From Gaiellaceae bacterium (lineage in GTDB: Bacteria; Actinomycetota; Thermoleophilia; Gaiellales; Gaiellaceae), in contig DATBIC010000076.1 in the NCBI GenBank assembly GCA_036557145.1, positions 1 to 53,373 of the forward strand: DNA of 53,373 bases. The letters are read 5' to 3'. Made by a program: the position numbers and the translations under genes. This document shows, piece by piece, positions 47,570 to 53,373 of the stretch. Below the pieces are notes generated by a model, which did not search any database, was not told the DNA's origin, and worked only from the letters and a program-made list of their open reading frames with translations. Positions within the stretch are counted from its first letter, which is position 1. Every line of letters begins with the position of its first letter.

Positions 47570-48384
47570 CCCGTCTCGAGAATCGAGCGAATCGCCTCCG
47601 TCGAGCCCGGATCGGGCGACTCGGAGATCACCGTCGCCGGCCGCGCGAAGCCGGCGAGGGCATCGCGCAACGGCTCGGCTCTGAGCGTCCCGTCGCCGTA
47701 GGGCAGATGCTTCGTCTCGTTGCGGTTCGCGAACTGGATGTCGGAGAAGTGAACGTGGAAAGGGGCGCCGGGCTCGAGCACGGAGTCGGCCTGCTCGAGC
47801 GCGGCGGCGAACGGCTCGACCGTCGTGTACGCCCCGTCCGAGGTCGCGTGCATGTGCGCGAAGTCGAGAACGGGCCGCACCCACTCGACGCGCGACGCGA
47901 TCTCGATGACGTCGTCGAGCGAGCCGAGCTCGCGCACACGCCCCATCACCTCGATCCCGAACGGGACGGCGCGTCCCTTGCCCTCGAGGCGGACGCGGAG
48001 CTCGCCGAGCTGCTCGCAGACGGCATCGATCGCCTCTTCGCGCGTCCGCCCGAGCAGGAAGCCCGGATGGAAGACGACGAGCTCCGCTCCGGCCGCGACC
48101 GCGATCCCGGCGGAGTGGTCGAGCATGCCGACCGCCATGTTGAGCTTCTTGCCGCGCTCGGCATGGCCCATGAAGCCCGCGATCGGCGCATGGACGCTGA
48201 GCGCGATGTCGTGCTCGCGGCAGAGCGCCCCGAATGCCTCGGCGAATGCGTAGTCCATCCAGAAGCGCCCCTCGAAGTCGATCTCGCAGGCCGAGTGGCC
48301 GTGCTCGCTGAGCGCTGCGACCGCCACCTCGGGCGAATCGCGCGCCGGGACCCGAGCGGGGCCGAAGTGAAGACGGCGGGCCAT
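47566..48384 (-). CDS. Xylose isomerase-like TIM-barrel protein (AP endonuclease family 2 / sugar phosphate isomerase-epimerase fold)
   Basis: Coding part of ORF 47566-48639 from ATG 48384 (MARRLHFGP). It shows the alternating beta-alpha pattern with His/Glu ligand motifs (LSVHAP, VVFHPG, FGIEVMG, DFAHMHA). Confidence 0.7.
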   Translation of the reverse strand: MARRLHFGPARVPARDSPEVAVAALSEHGHSACEIDFEGRFWMDYAFAEAFGALCREHDIALSVHAPIAGFMGHAERGKKLNMAVGMLDHSAGIAVAAGAELVVFHPGFLLGRTREEAIDAVCEQLGELRVRLEGKGRAVPFGIEVMGRVRELGSLDDVIEIASRVEWVRPVLDFAHMHATSDGAYTTVEPFAAALEQADSVLEPGAPFHVHFSDIQFANRNETKHLPYGDGTLRAEPLRDALAGFARPATVISESPDPGSTEAIRSILETG

Positions 48385-48444
48385 CGTCGCGGGCCTCAGC
48401 GTAACGGCGGGGGTCCGTCCGATCCCGTTCCTACCCTTTTCGTC

Positions 48445-48690
48445 ATGCCCACGCATCCGTCTCGTATCGATCTGCTCGAGCTCGACATCGACCTGAGGCT
48501 CGCCGACCTCTGGCGCGAGGCCGCCGGCATCAGCGAGTGGACGCTCGACGTGGTGGCCGCGTTCATGCGGGCCGCGTACGGCAAGGGGTATTGCGACGCG
48601 TTGACCGAGGAGCTGCCCGGCTCGCTCTGCGCGGAGCACGGCTACCGGGTCCCGGGACGCAGACCCCAGCCTGCTTCCGCCGACGCATAG
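48445..48690 (+). CDS. Hypothetical protein (81 aa) immediately upstream of ccmE
   Basis: ATG 48445 in the frame of ORF 47707-48690, with TACCCT plus a 7-nt spacer upstream. No family is recognised. Confidence 0.45.
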   Translation: MPTHPSRIDLLELDIDLRLADLWREAAGISEWTLDVVAAFMRAAYGKGYCDALTEELPGSLCAEHGYRVPGRRPQPASADA

Positions 48691-48704
48691 CTAGACTCAC
48701 GCCC

Positions 48705-49106
48705 GTGACCTCGCGCAGCCCTGCGCGGCTGATCGTCGCCCTCGCAGTCGCGGCCGTCCTCGCGATCTTCCTGCTCTACACGGCGATCGCCGGCAAGTCG
48801 ACGCCGCAGTTCAGCCCGAGCCAGCTCCAGGGTCATCCGGGGGTCGCGTCGGTCGTCGGCGTCGTCGTCGGGCCCGTCACGGGGGACTCGCACACGGCGC
48901 GTGGCCTGCGCTTCGGCCTCCGCGACCGCGGCACCGCGAAGGGAGCCGTCGTGCCGGTCGTCTACCACGGCGACAGCCCACCGCCGCTGTTCAAGGCGAC
49001 GCGCGAGGTCGTGGTGACAGGCAGGTACGCCGACGGGCGCATCGACGGCACGGGGATCGTGACGAAGTGCCCGTCGAAGTACACCGCCTCTTCGCCGAAG
49101 GCGTAA
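48705..49106 (+). CDS. ccmE: Cytochrome c maturation haem chaperone CcmE, variant with CxxxY instead of HxxxY
   Basis: Coding tail of ORF 48537-49106 from GTG 48705. N-terminal TM anchor, OB-fold-like body (FGLRDRG....VPVVYHGDSPPPLFK..REVVVTG) and C-terminal motif TKCPSKY (49068-49082). Confidence 0.8.
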   Translation: MTSRSPARLIVALAVAAVLAIFLLYTAIAGKSTPQFSPSQLQGHPGVASVVGVVVGPVTGDSHTARGLRFGLRDRGTAKGAVVPVVYHGDSPPPLFKATREVVVTGRYADGRIDGTGIVTKCPSKYTASSPKA

Positions 49107-51059
49107 GTGGCTGAGCTCGGCCGTGCAGCGCTCGTAGTCAGCTTCGGGCTAGCGCTCTATGCGCTCGTCGTCGGCGCCGCCGCCGCGCGCCTCAACCGCC
49201 GCCGCCTCGCGGACTCCGCGCGCAACGCGCTGCTCGCCTGCTTCGCGTCGACCCTCGTCGCGGCGGCGGTGCTCGCGTCGGCGCTCGTTCGGCACGACTT
49301 CTCGTTCGTCTACGTCGCGCAGCACACCAACCGGACGCTCCCCACCGTCTACGCGCTGAGCGCGTTCTGGGGCGGCCAGGAGGGCTCCCTGCTGCTGTGG
49401 CTGCTCGTGCTCACCGGCTACGGAGCGCTCGCCGTCATCCTCAACCGGCGGCTGCTCCGCGACCTCGTCGCGTGGGTCGTGCCCGTGCTCGGGGGCATCG
49501 CGACGTTCTTCGCATTCATGCTCGTCGCAGTCGCCAGCCCGTTCGACATGCAGACCGCGCCGGTCGACGGGGCGGGGCTGACGCCGAGCCTGCAGAACCC
49601 GTACATGGTCGCGCACCCGCCGATGCTGTACCTCGGCTACGTCGGCCTCTCGATCCCGTTCGCATTCGCGGCGGGCGCCATGCTCTCGGGCCGGCTCGAC
49701 GAGCGGTGGATCGTCGCGACGCGCCGCTGGACGCTCGCCGCGTGGACGTTCCTCGGCTTCGGCCAGCTGCTCGGCGCACACTGGGCGTACGTCGAGGTCG
49801 GGTGGGGCGGCTACTACGCCTGGGACCCGGTCGAGAACGCGGCGCTGATGCCGTGGCTCGCCGCGACCGCGTTCCTGCACTCGGTGATGATCCAGGAGCG
49901 GAAGGGCATGCTGAAGGTCTGGAACATGGTGCTCGTCGCGCTCGCGTTCGAGCTGTCCGTGTTCGGGACGTTCCTCACGCGCTCGGGGGTCGTGCAGTCG
50001 ATCCATTCGTTTGCGCAGAGCTCCGTCGGGGGGTGGTTCCTGGCCTTCGTCGTGATCTCGTCCGTCTTCTCGGTGGTGCTGATCCTCTGGCGGCTGCCGC
50101 TGCTGCAGGCCCGAACGAAGCTCGAGTCGGCGCTGTCGCGCGAAGCGGCCTTCCTCTACAACAACCTGCTGCTCGTCGCGCTGTGCCTGACGATCCTCTG
50201 GGGCGTGCTCTTCCCGATCGTCACCGAGCTGGTCAAGGGCGAGTCGCGAACGATCGGGCGCCCGTACTACGACTTCTTCCTGCGCGCCTTCGGGCTGCCG
50301 TTGCTGCTGCTGATGGGAATCGGCCCGCTGATCGCGTGGCGGCGGTCGAGCGTTCATGCGCTCGTTCGTAGCCTCGCGTGGCCGATCGCGGCAGCGGTCG
50401 TGACGGGCGTCGCGCTGATCGCCGCCGGCGCGGGGTCGTCGCGTCCGGGTCTGATCGCCTACTCGTTCTCGGCATTCGTGATCGCGGCGATCGTCGTCGA
50501 GCTCGTCCGCGGTACGCGAGCGACCGGGTCGTTGTTCAAGCTGATCGGACGCAACCGGCGCCGCTACGGCGGTTACATCGTGCACTTCGCGATCGTGCTG
50601 CTCGCGATCGGCATCGCCGGATCGAGCGCCTACGGAACGAACGTCGAGCGTCACTTGCGCCCGGGCCAATCGACGAGCGTCGGCGCATACCGTCTGACCT
50701 ACGAGGGCGTCGACCCGATCCGAAACGACCCGAATCGCGTGGGCCGGTACGCCGTGCTGCACGTGTCCGGGCCCTGGAGCGGCACCCTCCGCACCGGCAA
50801 CGTCACGTACACGGGCTTCGACGAGACCGACAACGACGTCGGCATCAAGACGGACTGGTTACGCGCGCAGGACCTCTACGTGATCGCCGACTTCCAGAAG
50901 AGCTCGAACGTCGTCTTCTTCAACGTGCTGGTCAAACCGCTCGTGAACCTCATCTGGGTGGCCGGGATCGTCTTCCTGCTCGGCGCGCTGGTCGCGATGT
51001 GGCCCGACGCCCGTGAGCAGCGCCGCCTCGTGCTTCGCCTCGCACCCGCGCGCGCGTGA
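49107..51059 (+). CDS. ccmF: Cytochrome c-type biogenesis protein CcmF (haem lyase component)
   Basis: 650-aa polytopic ORF. It has the WGGxWxWDPVEN-type tryptophan-rich motif (VGWGGYYAWDPVENAALMPWL) and conserved His residues. Confidence 0.9.
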   Translation: MAELGRAALVVSFGLALYALVVGAAAARLNRRRLADSARNALLACFASTLVAAAVLASALVRHDFSFVYVAQHTNRTLPTVYALSAFWGGQEGSLLLWLLVLTGYGALAVILNRRLLRDLVAWVVPVLGGIATFFAFMLVAVASPFDMQTAPVDGAGLTPSLQNPYMVAHPPMLYLGYVGLSIPFAFAAGAMLSGRLDERWIVATRRWTLAAWTFLGFGQLLGAHWAYVEVGWGGYYAWDPVENAALMPWLAATAFLHSVMIQERKGMLKVWNMVLVALAFELSVFGTFLTRSGVVQSIHSFAQSSVGGWFLAFVVISSVFSVVLILWRLPLLQARTKLESALSREAAFLYNNLLLVALCLTILWGVLFPIVTELVKGESRTIGRPYYDFFLRAFGLPLLLLMGIGPLIAWRRSSVHALVRSLAWPIAAAVVTGVALIAAGAGSSRPGLIAYSFSAFVIAAIVVELVRGTRATGSLFKLIGRNRRRYGGYIVHFAIVLLAIGIAGSSAYGTNVERHLRPGQSTSVGAYRLTYEGVDPIRNDPNRVGRYAVLHVSGPWSGTLRTGNVTYTGFDETDNDVGIKTDWLRAQDLYVIADFQKSSNVVFFNVLVKPLVNLIWVAGIVFLLGALVAMWPDAREQRRLVLRLAPARA

Positions 51060-51382
51060 GCGTCGTTGCCTTGGTTCTCGTCGTCGCGCTCGCGGCGGCT
51101 GCCGTCATGATCGTGTGCCTGCCGTTCCTGCGCGAGCCGGAGGTCGACGACGACCGGCTCGACGCGCCCAGCGCGGAGGAGGAGCAGCGGCTCACGCTGG
51201 CCGAAGAGCGGGACCGCGCGCTGGCGGCGCTCAAGGAGCTCGAGTTCGACCATCGGACGGGGAAGGTGGGGGACGAGGAGTACCGCGAGCTCGTCGGGCC
51301 GCTGCGCCAGTCCGCGGCCGAGGCGCTGCGCGCGCTCGACCGCGCGCAGCCCTCGCGGTCCGTGGAAGACTTTCGAGCGTGA
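51056..51382 (+). CDS. Small single-TM protein resembling the N-terminal module of CcmI/CycH
   Basis: 108-aa ORF. GTG overlaps the ccmF stop (GTGA). One TM helix is followed by a charged helix (ERDRALAALKELEFDHRTGKVGDEEYRELV), like the CcmI N-terminus. Confidence 0.5.
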   Translation: MSVVALVLVVALAAAAVMIVCLPFLREPEVDDDRLDAPSAEEEQRLTLAEERDRALAALKELEFDHRTGKVGDEEYRELVGPLRQSAAEALRALDRAQPSRSVEDFRA

Positions 51383-51933
51383 GCGGACCGCAGGGACCGA
51401 TCGAGCCGATGGCCGCCGCCGAGCGGCCCGTCGACCCGCACCTTCGCATCGGCCACGTCCACCTGCGCACCGCGGACATCGACCGGGTGCGCGATTTCTA
51501 CGTCGGCATCATCGGCTTCGACGTCGTCCACGAGGCGCGTGGCGTCCCGGGCTGGGGCACGACGGGCGACATCCTCTTCGTATCGGCCGGCGGCTATCAC
51601 CACCATCTCGGCTTCAACACCTGGAAGTCGGCCGGCGGTTCGCCGCAGCCGGACGGAGTCGCGGGGCTGCATCACGTGGCGCTCAACTTCTCGACGCGGG
51701 CGCAGCTCGCCGAGACGGTCGGCCGCCTCGTCGACGCCGGCGTCCCGCTGCGGCAGCTCACCGACCACGGCACGCATCTCGCCGTCTACCTCAGCGACCC
51801 GGACGGCAACGACCTCGAGCTCGCCTGGGACAGGCCGTTCGACGAATGGCCGCGGTACGGCTCGGAGGACGCACCCGCGATCGATGCGCCGCTCGACCTC
51901 GACGAGTTGCTCGCGAGCCGCGCGCCCGCCTGA
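51379..51933 (+). CDS. VOC family protein (glyoxalase/extradiol dioxygenase fold)
   Basis: Coding tail of ORF 51013-51933. GTG 51379 overlaps the preceding stop; an alternative start is ATG 51409. Motifs IGHVHLRTADIDR...FY and HHVALN....YLSDPDGN.LEL. Confidence 0.8.
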   Translation: MSGPQGPIEPMAAAERPVDPHLRIGHVHLRTADIDRVRDFYVGIIGFDVVHEARGVPGWGTTGDILFVSAGGYHHHLGFNTWKSAGGSPQPDGVAGLHHVALNFSTRAQLAETVGRLVDAGVPLRQLTDHGTHLAVYLSDPDGNDLELAWDRPFDEWPRYGSEDAPAIDAPLDLDELLASRAPA

Positions 51934-51939
51934 CCGCAG

Positions 51940-53211
51940 CTACGTCAGCGTCTGCACGAGCAGGAACGTGTTCAGCGCGATGATCGCCGCGGCGATCGCG
52001 ACTGCCGCCACCGTGGTCATCCGCCGGTTGACGAGCTGACCCATCACCTCGCGCTTCGACGTGAAGCTGACGAGCGGCACGAGTGCGAACGGGATCCCGA
52101 ACGAGAGCACGACCTGCGAGACGACCAGGGTGCGCGACGGATCCAAACCGAGCGCGATCACGATGAACGCGGGCGCCATCGTGGCCAGGCGGCGCCAGAC
52201 GATCGGGATCTGCTTGCGGATGAAGCCCTGCATCACGACCTGGCCCGAGAGCGTGCCGACGGCCGAGCTCGACAGCCCCGACGCGACGAGCGCGAGCGCG
52301 AACAGCGCGCTCGACGCGTTGCCGAGGATCGGCTGCAGCGTCGTGTGCGCGCCCTCGAGCGAATCGACGTCGCGATGGCCGCTGCCGTAGAACGTGCTTG
52401 CCGCCATCACGAGCATCGCGACGTTGATCAACCCGGCGACGGTCATCGCGATCAGCACGTCGATCCGCGTGTAGCGAAAGAGCGTGATCGCGTCCTCGTC
52501 CGTCTCGGGCACGAGTCGGTCCTGCGTGAGCGCCGAGTGGAGGTAGATCACGTGCGGCATCACCGTTGCACCGAGGATCCCGACCGCGAGCAGCAGTGAG
52601 TCGGAGCCGCTGAGGCCCGGGACGACGGCGTGGCGTCCGACCTGACTCAGGTCGGGGTTCGAGAAGACGAGCTCGGCCAGGTAGCAGGTGCCGATCACGC
52701 CCACGATCGCGGCGATCACCGCCTCGAGCAGCCGGACGCCGAAGCGCTGCAGGCCGAGGATCGCGAACGCCGCGATGCCGGTGAGGATCGCCGAGGGGAA
52801 CAGCCCGAAGCCGAAGAGCAGCTGCAGTCCGACGGCCGCACCGAGGAACTCGGCCAGGTCGGTCGCCATCGCGATCGCCTCGGCCTGCACCCACAGGCCG
52901 AGCGACACCCGCCGCGAATACCGGCGGCGGCAGACCTCGGGCAGGTTGAGCCCCGTCGCGATCCCGAGCTTCGCGGACAGCGTCTGGATCAGCATCGCCA
53001 TCAGGCTGGCCGCGACGACCACCCAGACCAGCGTGTAGCCGTACTTCGACCCCGCCGCGATGTTCGTCGCGAAGTTGCCCGGATCGATGTAGGCGACGCA
53101 CGCGATGAAGGCCGGGCCGAGGAAGGGCAGGATGCGGAAGCGCGTCCGGTGCAGCGCCTCGTCGACGGTCTGGAGACCCTCGGGGAGCGCGGCCGGCCGG
53201 GAGGCGATCAC
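51940..53211 (-). CDS. mntH: NRAMP family divalent metal (Mn2+/Fe2+) transporter
   Basis: 423-aa ORF with the signature GPAFIACVAYIDPGNFATNI and 11 or so TM helices. GTG start. Confidence 0.9.
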   Translation of the reverse strand: MIASRPAALPEGLQTVDEALHRTRFRILPFLGPAFIACVAYIDPGNFATNIAAGSKYGYTLVWVVVAASLMAMLIQTLSAKLGIATGLNLPEVCRRRYSRRVSLGLWVQAEAIAMATDLAEFLGAAVGLQLLFGFGLFPSAILTGIAAFAILGLQRFGVRLLEAVIAAIVGVIGTCYLAELVFSNPDLSQVGRHAVVPGLSGSDSLLLAVGILGATVMPHVIYLHSALTQDRLVPETDEDAITLFRYTRIDVLIAMTVAGLINVAMLVMAASTFYGSGHRDVDSLEGAHTTLQPILGNASSALFALALVASGLSSSAVGTLSGQVVMQGFIRKQIPIVWRRLATMAPAFIVIALGLDPSRTLVVSQVVLSFGIPFALVPLVSFTSKREVMGQLVNRRMTTVAAVAIAAAIIALNTFLLVQTLT

Positions 53212-53218
53212 CTCCCTA

Positions 53219-53236
53219 TTTTAGCCATGCCTAAAA
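53219..53236. promoter_or_regulatory. Imperfect AT-rich palindrome TTTTAGCCATGCCTAAAA overlapping a TAAAAT -10 box, candidate metalloregulator (DtxR/MntR-type) operator of mntH
   Basis: 16 of 18 positions are symmetric. On the minus strand, TAAAAT (53223-53218) lies 6 nt upstream of the mntH GTG. Confidence 0.4.
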
Positions 53237-53252
53237 CTCGGGGAAGAGAATG

Positions 53253-53373
53253 CTAGGCGGCGGCCCGCACGAAGCGCAGATCGGGCAGGTTGCGGTGTCG
53301 TTCGTCGAGGTCGAAGCCGTAGCCGACGAAGAACTCGTCGGGGATCGTGAAGCCGACGTAGCGGACGGGCAGG
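53253..53373 (-). CDS. hpt: Hypoxanthine phosphoribosyltransferase, C-terminal end only (N-terminal part lies outside the window)
   Basis: My translation of the open minus frame is [39 protein letters not shown]. It matches the Hpt C-terminal consensus (YVGF.IP..FVVGYG.D....YRNLP). Confidence 0.8.
   Translation of the reverse strand, partial: LPVRYVGFTIPDEFFVGYGFDLDERHRNLPDLRFVRAAA

Overview
This is a very GC-rich, densely packed chromosomal segment that looks like Actinomycetota. Protein motifs and the F420/LLM content suggest Thermoleophilia or Rubrobacteria, but that placement is inference only. I support about 65 CDS, one tRNA-Cys, and no rRNA, CRISPR array or obvious prophage.

Gene content from left to right:
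- A polyamine ABC/gabT cluster.
- A tRNA-Cys followed by a patch of small accessory genes: GNATs, an orphan MNT-type nucleotidyltransferase, a cupin and a YjbR protein.
- A MarR-MFS pair and a TMEM175-like channel.
- A long acyl-CoA/lipid catabolic block: alpha-hydroxyacid oxidase, ADH, PaaI thioesterase, an adjacent full-length plus short ACAD pair, SDRs, a cupin, FadD and a crotonase.
- A secreted collagen-like protein.
- Qor and SDR genes, YqgE, an ACAD10/11-type dehydrogenase, an LLM oxidoreductase, an APH-like kinase, an EamA transporter and a thiolase.
- A livF-H-M-J transporter with no livG.
- The conserved pdxT-yebC-ruvC...ruvA-ruvB block, interrupted by an aquaporin and a short Erm-like methyltransferase.
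- An L,D-transpeptidase, recJ, relA/spoT and a solitary REP-associated tyrosine transposase (RAYT) homologue.
- PMM, a variant System I cytochrome c maturation cluster (CcmE with CxxxY, CcmF, a CcmI-like protein), mntH and the end of hpt.

Many operon junctions use 4-nt GTGA/ATGA overlaps.

Most notable non-genic signals:
- Two 30-bp perfect palindromes with an identical 24-bp core between convergent genes (REP-like).
- A 15-bp perfect-stem hairpin in a divergent promoter region.
- TANNNT boxes 6-7 nt upstream of several start codons, implying leaderless mRNAs.
- Several genes whose conserved N-termini extend upstream of any ATG/GTG/TTG.

I found no clear-cut new multi-gene system. The REP-like pair plus RAYT, the collagen-like protein and the variant ccm cluster are the best leads. 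Most long Arg/Ala/Pro-rich ORFs in the six-frame track are high-GC artefacts.
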